From Blepharisma stoltei ATCC 30299 (lineage: Eukaryota; Protista; Ciliophora): a stretch of DNA of 64,000 nt. The translations under genes were made by a program, and so were the position numbers. The notes under the pieces were generated by a model. It worked only from the letters and a program-made list of their open reading frames with translations, did not search any database and was not told where the DNA came from. The DNA lies in the NCBI GenBank assembly GCA_965603825.1, contig CBFDEM010000046.1, forward strand, positions 558,001-622,000. The letters are read 5' to 3'. This document shows positions 41,119 to 52,527 of the stretch, in pieces (positions within the stretch are counted from its first letter, which is position 1; each line of letters begins with the position of its first letter).

Positions 41119-42387
41119 TTATAGTTTAAAATATATTGTTATCCCCCAACCTACTACAGCAGTTATAGCAGCTCCGATAATTAAGTACTTTCAACTCCAT
41201 CTTTTTTTAGGTTTTACATCAACTTCAGCGTTTCTTTTCAGCTTTTCTTCTTCGCTACATTTATCTATGCATCAATTTAATAACTGGTCATTCAATTTGC
41301 CTCCACTAAAGGTCATCGATATTTTGAATTTCTTGATGGACTCTACTGAGCATATAACTTTTTTATCTTGAGGGTCAAATCCTGACTCTATCAGTTCATG
41401 CTTAAGTGTCTCGTTTTCAACTGTTAAATCTAAAATTCTTTTCATTTTAAAAAAAATTGGTTGAACTTCTCCCATCTCTTTTCTGACTCTGGATCTTTGT
41501 AAATATTTATTCCCTTCTTGATAAAATCGTAAGATTTCTTCATATTTTTCGACCATTTTGTTTACGACTTTTTGCTCAAATTCAACTTCATTAGACAATT
41601 CTTCTGAGTCGCCAATACCATGCCTAACTAACGAAGTTGTAATTTCTTTTACCAATGTGAGCTCTTCAGACTTATATTCATTGAATTTCGCTTCCAGTTT
41701 ACCAATTAAACTTCATTTGACCCCTGACATCTGCGCATACATTTTAGCATCCTCTATTGCCAATTTTAATTCTTTTTCATTCGCTGATAAATCATGATAT
41801 CGTATTTGGCTTCTTTTAGCATACAAAGACACATTATCTGAGTCATATTCTAGTGCTTCAGTTATAGCAGCTATAGCTTCATTGAAATGCCTTAGTGGCA
41901 CCATTGCTGCAGCTAAATTAACCAAAATAGTAACAATTGGAGACTTAAAAAGCTTTATTTCATTGATTTCTTTAGGGAAAAAATAAGTAAGAGAATCATC
42001 TGTAATTGTTTTCAGCTTTAATTCGTCTTCAATCTTAAATTCTAGATATTTGAAGAGCCCATAAGCATACTCGTAGCATTCTAGAGCTTTTTCATAGTCT
42101 TTTGTGTGGTAAAATTTGTTGCCAGCTTTTTTGAAATCGTCAAATGCTGATAACTTGTCAGATAACTCCCGCTTTCGTAGTTTTTTGCAGTGGTCTGGGT
42201 GGAATAAAGTATTTTTGAGATAAACTGGACGCTTATTGAATTTTTTGCGTTTCTGGGCTAATTCTGCAGGTTTGCAGTAATCAATAAAGTTTTGAAAAGG
42301 AGAAGTTTGTGTTATAGGGTAGCCATCTTCAAATAGAAATTCGTCTGGGTCTTGAGTATTTTCACTATTTCCTTGTTTGGAAGACAT
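41119..42387 (-). CDS. TPR protein with C-terminal transmembrane tail anchor, ~422 aa
   Basis: TPR motifs (FKKAGNKFYHTKDYEKALECYEYA, NLAAAM..AITEAL). TGA at 41713 and 41272 and one more read as Trp; ends KYLIIGAAITAVVGWGITIYFKL-TAA. Confidence 0.83.
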
Positions 42388-42652
42388 TTTGGTTTATTAA
42401 TAAAAGAAAGAAATAATAGCTGAAAATTAGTAAAAGAATTTATATTGGTCTTTTTATGCTATTATGATTCATTTTAATTGATTTTTATAGGATACAAATG
42501 AGGAGGAGAGATTGGCCTATATTTAAGATTAAAATTGCGACTAACAAGTGGAGCCTAGCCACATATCAGTAAATTCTTTTTTGTGGAAAAAAGACTCCAC
42601 ATGCAAGCACAGTCTTATATTTGACAAAGAATTTGATTAATTAAAATAGATA

Positions 42653-44239
42653 TTAAATTCAAGCTTTATTAAATATAGAGGTTTTGATACCTAACAAAAG
42701 ATCTTCATACTCTTGACATTTCTTATGCCCTCCACCATAATTACAGAATGAACAATAATTTGACTTGCATTTTTTGCACTTTATTTTGTATGGCCTCCAG
42801 TGTTGTGGATGCAGCTTGGTCCATGAAAATGCTTTGCATATTCTGCAGACTATTTTTTCTTGGTTTTCTTTAAAAAGTTCACGAAATATAGCTTCTTTTT
42901 CATCAATTCGATGAGACTTATTTTCCATAGGAGCTATCATAATAGGAGTTTTGTACTGTTCAGGCAGAATGTCTTTACATTTTTCTAATTTTGTTGATTT
43001 TTTTTCCTCTTCAAATTGTTTTATTGGGTGGATCTCTTTTTTGTGGAATAGTTTACTTAGAATTTGTATTGAAGGTTCATAGTTAGTGTCAGAAATTTCA
43101 TTTGGATAACTTGAAACCTTATCTGAGTTGCAAGAAGACGCAATCTCTAGCTTATATAATGTAGAGCTAGATGATTGAGAGGATAAGTAATTGCTTGTCG
43201 GGTTTTGGGGATCACTTGGTTCAAAATCATTTAAATCTGGATTATAAGCTTCAGAATCTTTCTTAGATATATTTCTTTTTTCAGAATCAGAAGAAGTCCT
43301 CTGTGACTCTATAGATATAGTTTCACTTTCTGCAATACTTTCTTCAGATTTTTTATAGCTTTCTTCTTCCTCTTCTTCCTCAATTTCATTTGTTTTATAA
43401 TAATTATGTCGAAATTTATTAATACTCTGGAATTTAGCTAACCAATCCCTAACCTGCTCAATTTTTCATCTTTTTGGGACTATTGGATCTAGCATACCTG
43501 ATAATAAAGTTATAAAGCTTTGTGGGCACCAGCGGCGAGAAATAATTGCATTTCGGATTTCAAGATCTATATCTGATTGAATAGATATTCTTTCAAACGT
43601 AACCATTTCATAAAATGTCATACCTAATGCTCAAATATCATCAGAATCTGGAGACGAAATAATGTGTTTCATGTACCTTCTTGTTTTTAGCTCAGGCGAC
43701 ATATATGGGACTGTCCCTAAAATTGTATGGAACGTATACGGCAGTTCTTCTTTTTCAGAAAACTTTGATATTCCATAGTCTCCAAGCCTCAAATCTCCGT
43801 TTTCATTAATAAAAATATTCTGCGGCTTGATATCTCTATGCCAAATAGAATTTATATGCAGAACTTCAATTACATCAGTTAAACAAGAAAAATAATACAC
43901 TAGGGCTTCTACAGAAAAGTGACGATTTTTTGACCTTTTTTCTTTTATTTCTTTCCTTAAGTCTCCTTTTATGCAATCCTCCATTAGGATGTAGAATTGG
44001 CTATTTTGATAGACTCCTGATGCATAATATTTTACTGTCCATGGATGTAGTGAATTTACCCTAATCATCATTTCTGCTTCTTCTATTCCTCTGTTCTCCA
44101 TTGATAAATATCTTTTCATAACTGCATTCTTTGGGAAATTTGATTTATGAGATCAGTTTGTAAATAAGACTTTGCCTATTTCAACCTTAGATTTTCTGAG
44201 AAGATCATCTTTAATCTCAAAGTTTTTGTAATACTCCAT
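42653..44239 (-). CDS. Ser/Thr kinase (NEK-like) with acidic linker and C-terminal Cys/His (IBR-like) zinc domain, ~528 aa
   Basis: AVMK, HRDIKPQN, DYG, GTVPYMSPE, DDIW(TGA 43631-43633)ALG; C-terminal CRIC..CKKC....CSFC.....HKKC; frame open by hand to TAA 42653. Confidence 0.85.
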
Positions 44240-44452
44240 TTCATATTTACCAATGTTATGATTTTTGTCTCTAAAAATCAGAGAAAACAGAGATTTTTAT
44301 AAAGATTTTACAAGAAATAAAACAATCCATTTTATAAAAAATATAGAACAATTACCTAATCTAAAGTTAAATTATTTATGCAATAACAGAAATATTAACT
44401 ATTAAATTCAATTTCTTACGAACATTATACCCGCAAGCATTAGAATTTAAAT

Positions 44453-44989
44453 ATGAGCCGAAGATCAACTACAAGCCCTCTTAAAAAAGCAAGTGCAAGG
44501 CGACGTGTAGCTTTGGACGAAGAACAGCTCTTAGAAATAAAAGAAGCTTTTAACCTATTTGACACAGATCACCGAAATCAACTAGACGCTAGAGAATTAA
44601 AAGCGGCAATGAGAGCACTCGGCTATAACACTAATAAAGCTGAAATCAGGACCATAATGCAAGAACTAGAGCTTGATATTCATGACAGAGTTGATTATAA
44701 CCAATTTCTTACCATTATGACTCCAAAAATGCAAGAAAAAGACACCCGTGAAGAAATTTTAAATATTTTTAGGCTTTTCGATGAAGATAAGACAGGGAAA
44801 ATTTCGTTTAGAAATTTGAAAAGGGTTTCTAATGAACTAGGTGAAACTTTAAGTGATGAAGAGTTACATGAAATGATAGAAGAAGCTGATACGGATGGAG
44901 ATGGGCTGATTACATTTGATGACTTTTATAGGATAATGAAAAAGAGAGGAAATGAGCCGCTTGATGATATTGATAGTGATGAAGATTAA
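44453..44989 (+). CDS. Centrin (EF-hand protein)
   Basis: [60 protein letters not shown]. Confidence 0.95.
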   Translation: MSRRSTTSPLKKASARRRVALDEEQLLEIKEAFNLFDTDHRNQLDARELKAAMRALGYNTNKAEIRTIMQELELDIHDRVDYNQFLTIMTPKMQEKDTREEILNIFRLFDEDKTGKISFRNLKRVSNELGETLSDEELHEMIEEADTDGDGLITFDDFYRIMKKRGNEPLDDIDSDED

Positions 44990-45361
44990 AATAATCATAA
45001 ATAAGTTAACTGAAATAGATTTCGAATTAAAAAATTAGCTCAGCTTTATTATAGTAGAGGCAAATTTATTAATAAAATTAAATAGTGCCGCTTTTTTAAT
45101 ATTAGCCTAAATAAAATATTTAATTGCTTTTTCTTTATAAGAGGAATGATAGGGATGATAGAGGATGAGGAATTGCCTTGTACGGCTTTGAATGCATATA
45201 TAGAAAGATCTTAATTTTTCAAGGACCACTATTATTTTAGTGCGAAAATCTCATCGATAAGCTTTGCTACATATATATTAAATGAAACCTCAATTTCGCG
45301 TATTTTTTATAAGACAATTCTTGTATATTAATAAAAAGCTAAAAATGATATGAAAAATTAC

Positions 45362-47284
45362 TTATCTTTTCTTTTTGAATAAATTTTTACGCTTCACTGG
45401 AGCTAGCTCAATGTTATCCAGCCACCCAATCCTTATATCTTTTTTATCCGAAATTTTTTGTTTTTTTGTCGTAGTTTTAATTTTTCTGTCAGAAGAAAGC
45501 TTATTTTTCAGCGGCAATTCATATTTCTCTTGGATGCTCTGTGGGATTTCTTCTCCTTCTTCTAAATCCTGCGGCTGCGTAGCTTGTGTAGTTTCTTGGG
45601 TTGTGTTTTCAATTTCCATCTCCATTCCTTCCTCTACCACAATTTGGAAAATCGACGTAAAGCTTTCCGCAATTTTTTGGCATTTTTCTTTCATTTTTTG
45701 GCTTGGCTCTAATTTATTTTGTGGAGCAAAAATTGAAAGTTTATTGCTTGGTATTAGCTTTACAGTGAATTTTTGTTCATACAAAACTGGCCTATGCGTC
45801 TCAATTTTCTTTTGTTTCTGCACAGGCTGTACAATCTTTGGTAGCTTTTTAACAGCTTTTTCGCTTTTTTTCGCAAGTGTTTTTTTAATTATTTCAACAA
45901 TTGTGTTCGCTTCTTTTTGAAGAATGCTGCTTTGTTGATGCACTTTGACTAATAACTCTTTTACAGTCTGTGGTGGGTCTGTTGCCAAGCTAATTAATGT
46001 TCTTCCTTTCAAAATAAAATTCGGATTTTCATCTTCTCTTCTAGCTACCTCATCTCTCCAATTCGCTAATGCATCTAGTATACTTTGCTGCTGAGGATTT
46101 AAAAATTCAATACCTCTTTTCAATGCTACCCACTTTAAGTCTTGTTTTTCGTATCTTTTTAAGCAAATATCTCTGCTTTTTTGGAAGACTTCTCGTGCTA
46201 GCTCTAATGGGTGGAGTCTTAGCTGTTGAGCTTTTAGAGAGAGCTCGTTTTTTAGCACGTCAAAAATATGGAGCAAATAGTGAGTGTCCATTCTGGCATA
46301 TTTTATCATTTCTGGGGATAATGGGCGGACTCTTCAGTCAGCAAGTTGGTAGGATTTGTCAGTTTTTACACTGCAGATTGTTTCGAGTAGATATGCAAGC
46401 CCAAATCTCGCGTACATTAAAATTCTAGCAGCTTGGCCAGTATCGAACATATTCACGATGTAAAGTTTGAAATCTTTTTGCATCCAAGGGATATCTGAAT
46501 CAGCGCCATGCAACACTTTTATTATTGCAGGATTAGTAAAGACGCCTAGAAGTTTTGGCATCAAATCCCATACTTTTAAGGTGTCTATAATATAATCTGT
46601 ATTTCTCGTTGATATCTGCATAAGGCACACAAACCCTTGATAAGTCCTAAAAGAATGATGCTCTAAATCAATCGCTATTTCTTTAGCTTGTGACAGCTCA
46701 TTAAGCATCCCATAAAACCCTTCTGGGTTTTCCACCATAATAAGTGAGACTTCTTCAAGTTCTTTGAATGGCTGGACTTGTGAAGGCTCTAATTGCCAAA
46801 ATTCTTGAGCTAAGGATTCTAATTCATACTGGTAAGGGTGCATCCCTTCACTATAAACTTCTAAAGGAACCATTGCATTTGGCTTTTCGTCTAAGCTTGG
46901 CACGAATGGGGATTCACTGTTATCAATTGTGTGTTTAAAAATTTCTTGCGGTTTAGGAAGCTCATATAAGCTGAGCTTAGATAATGCAAGATCAGGCACT
47001 GCTTTAATGCCTGCTTTATTATCAAGTCCTGCTGCTACGTATTCTAAGCATTGGTCAGCCGCTTCTATAATATCGTCATACTCTGTGCTTTCAGTCTGAG
47101 GAGTCACAAACCTGACTAAATTAGATATCAAGTCACTTATTTTCATTTGAAGATCTGTGGTTTGAGCTTCATAGGACTTATCAGTTAAGGCAAAAGCAAG
47201 GTTTTCGCCTGTTGGGAGCTGATTTGAGATATTTGCAGCTTTGACTACAGTCTGGAGTAAGTGTGGGATATTGCAATATTCCAT
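45362..47284 (-). CDS. RRP6: Exosome 3'-5' exoribonuclease RRP6/EXOSC10 (DEDD exonuclease plus HRDC), ~640 aa
   Basis: EIAIDLEHHSFRTYQGFVCLMQISTR, LHGADSDI, DKSYQLADW(TGA 46334-46336)RVRPLSPEMIKYARMDTHYLL, WRDEVARREDE. Confidence 0.95.
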
Positions 47285-47359
47285 TTAATTGTAATATGTA
47301 AAAAATATATAAATTAGGAAATACTTAGCTATAAATTAAAGCAACCCATAAGTTTTTAA

Positions 47360-48262
47360 TTAATTAAAAGGAAACGAATTGATCCAATCTAAAAATCTAT
47401 GAGCTGGGGTATAGTGATAAAGGTCAGCAAATCTCTTTGATACAAGTTGTTGATCAAAGCTATGAGCAAATAAAAAGAATCCATAAGGTTCTGAAGAGTG
47501 AGCTCATGGACTATCAACTTTTTCTATTTCATGGATATTTCCAAGTGTTGAAACCCTTTCAATTACAGTCTCCAGCGATACAGCCTCTGGCTCAGTTGCA
47601 TTGAAAACTCCAACAGCTCCGTTTTCTATCAGTATTCTATACATATTAGCTAAATCTTCATGATGTATAAAAGGAATATGATTATTTCCTGCAAGGGCAA
47701 TAATTTTATTATGAGATTTGCACGCATTTATCCATTGATCAACATAGCTTTTGCCATAAACCCAAGTAGGTCTAATAATGGCGCTTCTCAGATTCCCTGC
47801 AGTTGAATTTACAATTTTTTTGTCCCTTAAGACTCTTGCTTTTAGCATGTCGAGACAATGAGAAGTATCCTCATGATCTTCGTCCTGAACTCCATTAGTG
47901 TTCCCATATACCAAACATCCTGAGCTATAAAGAAGAGAGACAGGCTTAGTTTCAGCTGTTTTTCTTGCTGCGCTAATTAGAGCATCAGTAGTAATATCTT
48001 CTGCTTTAGTTCCAGCTTCACCAAAGGCTTGTTGAACGCAATGGACGATTGCGTCGTAGCCTGCAGCTAATTCAGCAAGTTGATGAGCTGTATCAGGATT
48101 AATGTCAAACACTATAAAGTGCGAGCTTGGACTTTTGCTTGCGAGCTCTTCTCCTTTCTGGGCACTTCTAACTGTTGATGTAACGTCATGGCCGTGAGCT
48201 AGGAAGTTATCCAAAAGAGAGCTTCCAATAGCTCCAGTTGCTCCTGTTAAGAAAATTCTCAT
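47360..48262 (-). CDS. NAD-dependent epimerase/dehydratase (atypical SDR), ~300 aa
   Basis: MRIFLTGATGAIG Rossmann motif, IRPTWVYG, FIHHEDLA; TGA 47504 read as Trp, ends TAA 47360. Confidence 0.88.
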
Positions 48263-48703
48263 TTTTACTATTATAATTGTTGGAAGATAAATGATGAATT
48301 TTGGACTAAAAAAGTGTTGCCATTTTTAGGAAACTATAGTAAGCACTGACAAAAACTAAAGAATAAAAAAGAAGATAAATTATTTAGAGTGCTGCTTTAA
48401 TTATCATTTATTTAAATTTGAAAAGTTTTATCTAAAACATCAAAAATTAAATTTATAAAATTTTGCAGATTTTATAGCGCTTAAGATGATTTTCATTTTC
48501 TTTATATAACCATTTAGATAATTATTAAATAATGATATTTACTATTAAATTATTTCTTCTGACATCTCCATTCTTAGTAAAACTAAGTCAAAATAAAGAT
48601 GCGTTAATAAATTCTACCACCCTTTCATACATAATTAGAAGAATATAAAAGATTGAGATTAGATAAAATAGATATCAATAATTAAAAGATCAAATATTTT
48701 TAT

Positions 48704-49195
48704 TTAGAAGTTGTATTTTGGAATGATATCGCCTATATTATCTTTCATCAATTTTTCATCGTGAACTTTTCCAAAGTAAGAAACATAAAACGAGCTGTCT
48801 CCATAATCAATTTTACGAAAAGTCTTTCAATCATTTGGAAAAGGTGACTCTTTGCAAATACTAATAGAGTTTTTAGGTATTTTTACAGTCCCAGTTGGAA
48901 GCTCGACAATTAGAGATTGTGAGTCTTCTTCTAATGAAATCTTTAAAGCTATTTCATTTTTGATGGCATTATATGAGTAAAAATTCATTCCAAGACCACT
49001 CCATACTGCAAGTATAAGTCCAGCATGCATTAATTCTGGAACTCCATGTGATATGTAAAAAACTAGCCCAGTTATAGCTGATGCACCAATTGTAGATAAA
49101 ATATAGCTCGTTCTTAGCTGATGGGGATTACTATTTGTGTAAAATAGCTTGTGTTCAGGAATTGCAGAGAAGCACCTTAGGCTATGCCTTATCAT
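48704..49195 (-). CDS. Small two-TM protein with mitochondrial presequence-like start (TMEM70/186/223-like), ~163 aa
   Basis: MIRHSLRCFS start, two hydrophobic helices; TGA 48827 read as Trp, ends TAA 48704. Confidence 0.65.
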
Positions 49196-49271
49196 GAAAT
49201 TATTATTTCTAAAATGATACTCTAAAAGGTGGTAAACTGCAATTTCTAATTAATTTATTTTCACTATACAT

Positions 49272-49892
49272 CTAAATCCCACACAAAGCTCCATCAATAT
49301 ACTCTCTTTGAACGATATCCAAATTGCTATTAATAATACACCCAGGTCCATGCCACTTACCATTCCTAAAACTCCCATAATAAATGCTTCCATCCTCACA
49401 AAATTCTCTTCCTGAGTCTCCATGAGGAACTCCTTCTTCATTCAATTCTCCACTATAAATATTCCCATTCGGAAGCACAATAGTCTTTACTTCTTCTGCG
49501 GGGACATCTGAATCTCCATTTAGGCTTTGTCTATTTCAATTAATTTTTGTATTTTCTTCTAATTCCACAAATTTCTGATAAAGCTGTTCCATTCTCTCCT
49601 TAATCCACGGGACAATCCATATTTCTTTTTCCTTATCCTTCAAATAAATACAAAAGCTATTCCCGCTTTTCACCCCAACCCTAAAATTGTTCAGCTGCAG
49701 CACCTTATTAAACTCTATTTCACTAATCAACTCATTAATTTGTGTGTTCGGACTCAATCTGTTATGTGCCTGATACTGATCTTCAAAGCATCTCATACAG
49801 GTCGACTCTAAATCCAATATAAAAAACCTCGTAATATGCTGTTTTGTCGATTTCGAGACTTTCATAAAACAGCCCATATAGTCTTCAACCAT
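49272..49892 (-). CDS. PH-like domain plus MORN-repeat protein, ~206 aa
   Basis: YMGCFMKVSK...RFFILD N-terminus; TGA 49536 joins it to MORN repeats (YSGELNEEGVPHG, YYGSFRNGKWHGPG); ends TAG. Confidence 0.78.
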
Positions 49893-49917
49893 TTTAAGTT
49901 AATAAGATTTATCCAAA

Positions 49918-51375
49918 TTAAAAAGGCCTTTTGGCTCTGAGCTCATCTAAAAGCTGCATTCCTCTCTTTTTCTCTTCTTCAATCATTTTCTTATACTGGA
50001 TTTCTGCTAGCTTTGCTGCTCTTTGTTCGTACATTTCTTCTTGCAGTTCTTTTTTCTTTCTTTCGTTCTTTTCGTCAATTTGCCACTTCAAGTTGTCTTG
50101 GTGATTGACTTTGGTCATTCTTAAAGCAGTCTTGCGCATTTGTTCAATTTCTTCAGCTTTGGCGACTTCTCGGGCGATTCTTTCTTTTTCTTCGATCTCC
50201 CTCTGGTTTTCCTCTTCTTCTTTCCTTTTTCTCTCATAAATGGCATCAGCTCTATTATTATAGACTTCTTCAAGTAGCTTAATTCTGGCTTCTTCTCTTT
50301 CTCTCCATATTCTTTCTTGTTCTTCCCATTGTTGTTGGCTTTCCATATTAGCATATTCTTCAATCCTCCTATCTAATTCTGCATCTTCTTGTCCTCTTAA
50401 CTTATAATGGGACTGCAGCTCTTTGGCTTCTTCTCTATGTCTCCTTCTTTCTTGTGCTTCAAATTCTAGCTGATCTCTTTCTTTTTGTACAATCTGTGCA
50501 ATAAGCATTTTATCGAGTTCTTTTTCTCTCAATTCTTCATCTTTTTTGATCTGTTTGGTAAGCTCATTATGCTGGATGATTTCTAAATTTCTGTCCCTCA
50601 TAAATCGTTCTCTTTCTCTCTGCAGAGCGATTTCATTTTGCTTTTCTTTTTCCCATTCGTCGTTCAGCATCTTTTTTTCATCCCTGTCTTTTTGGGACTG
50701 GTTTTTCCTGTTCTGTTCTCTCATTGCTAGCTGTTGGTTTAAATAGGCCAGCCTTTGTCTATTTAGCTCTTCTTTTTTTTCTAGCTCTTCAAGCTCTTTT
50801 TGGTCTTTTTTTATTTTTTCTCTCATCCAGAGCTCATCATAAATCGCGTTTTCTTCTCTCAGCTGTTTTTCCCTTTGTTCTTTTTCCCACATTTGGTGTT
50901 CTTGTTCGATTTTGCACCTCATAGCGGTGAGCTGGGAGTCCTGAGTCCTCAATTCATCAGCGCTTTCTTTCCACCTTTGCATCATTTTGGAGTTTACTTC
51001 TTCTTTGCGCTCTTTTTCTCTGATTGTTTTGAGCTCTTCGAGACGGACTGCCATTCGCCTTCTGATGTCTTCAGGAGTTTCTTGGGTATCGAGGTACTCT
51101 TTGCGATATTGCTCATCTTCTCGCTGGTAGAGCTCTCTAAGCTTGCTACGTCTAGTTTCAAGCTGCTGGTTGTGGACGGCTCGCAACTCCTCGAAGCGTT
51201 TTTTTGCTGTGACTTGGGTGATCACCTTGTCGGTTTTTTGTTCCCATTGGGCCTTGTGGCGAAGCTTGTAGTCAGCTGCAATGTGGGCGTTTAAACCTTC
51301 AAGCTGAGCTTCCTTAGCGCGTCGTTGTTGAATCAAATAGTCAGCTCTTATGGCACTCTAAGTAAAATTTACCAT
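49918..51375 (-). CDS. CFAP53: Cilia- and flagella-associated protein 53-like (trichoplein/TPH family coiled coil); intron directly after the ATG
   Basis: ATG 51375, intron 51358-51372, then SAIRADYLIQQRRAKE. Motifs RRSKLRELYQRE, QRWKESADELR, W.RE.EARIKLLEEV. Confidence 0.8.
51358..51372 (-). other. 15-nt intron GTAAATTTTACTTAG immediately after the start codon
   Basis: GT..AG, A10, in-frame TAG; supplies the only nearby in-frame ATG. Confidence 0.85.
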
Positions 51376-51616
51376 TTGAATAAAATTATTATGAAAATTT
51401 TAGTTCTAGATGATTTAAGATGTTTTAAATGCAGTAACAAAGTAAATCCAAAAGCATTAAAAATTTTCTACTATCATCGCAAATTCAAAAGATTCGTTTA
51501 TCTGAATACTAATTTAAACTGCTATATTAAATGGGAGGAAATATTGACGTAATGCTATAAAAAGGTGTTGTAAAAGTTCTGAAGATCCAATTCCTGCTGA
51601 ACAAATAGCGACTGAT

Positions 51617-52519
51617 ATGATGATGATTCACCGAGAAAACCTAGACTTTTTAAACCTTTCAATTGACGAAGCAAAGGAACAAAATAAAGCTACACTGACC
51701 GCCATAAAACAAAGCATTGGAATACCAGATACTCCAGGAAAATGAAACAGTCCAGCAAGACTCGAAAAGCTTTTATCAGTAGCCAAGCAAGGCAAGCTCC
51801 TTAGGCTTAAAGTAAAAAGTTCGCTGATTTTGCCTAGAAACTCAGTTATAAACATAACCCCACTCAAATATGAATTAAGCGGACGAACTTCAAGCGACGG
51901 AGTTACATATTTTGGGTGTAAAAAGAAAGACAGGCATAAAGGAAAAATTGTCTGTGACTTTATTATTCCTTATAACGACAAGCAGCTTAACAACTCTTTG
52001 AGGAACCCGCATTTTATGATTCATTATAACCCTTTTGCTGATTCCTATTACATTCGCGATCTTGGCATTGGATCTGGAGTTTATGCAAAAATTGACTATA
52101 CCCTGGCTTTATTAAGAAGACAATATATAGTAAACTTTGGCGAATCTCATTTACTTATATCAGTTATCCCTTCCAATCCTTACCCAAGACTCTGCCTAAA
52201 AGTATACGGAGGAAAATCAGCTGGCGAGCTCATGTTTTTTGAAGCCCACGAGTATCATGTAAACCAAGTTTTCATCGGAAGAGACAGAGACTGCAATGTC
52301 TGCATTGACGACGCCTTAATCTCAAAAAAACAAGCCACTGTCTTTTACAGCCAAATTAAAGGGTGGATGCTAGTTGATGGAGATTTGCAGACCCAAAGAC
52401 CCAGTACAAATGGGACCTGGTATTGCTTATTTAGACTCTATTTAAATGAAGATGTAGAATTACGAGATGGCATGGAAATCAAAGCTTTTCAAACGCTTTT
52501 CCAAGTAAATATCTATTAA
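51617..52519 (+). CDS. FHA-domain protein (ciliate type); start uncertain (51617, or 51531 via a 16-nt intron)
   Basis: YYIRDLGIGSG, IGRDRDC, ISKKQ, STNGTW FHA motifs; TGA=Trp 51743-51745; intron 52420-52434. Confidence 0.82.
52420..52434 (+). other. 15-nt in-frame intron GTATTGCTTATTTAG splitting a Trp codon
   Basis: Consensus match (A10, TAG); removal deletes the insert in STNGTW(YCLFR)LYL and leaves TG|A. Confidence 0.8.
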
Positions 52520-52527
52520 TTAAATTC

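Noticed and set aside
51325-51552. 75-aa ORF as the first exon of the FHA gene (ATG 51391)
   Set aside because: It would start about 15 nt from the divergent CFAP53 ATG and reads like AT-rich spacer.
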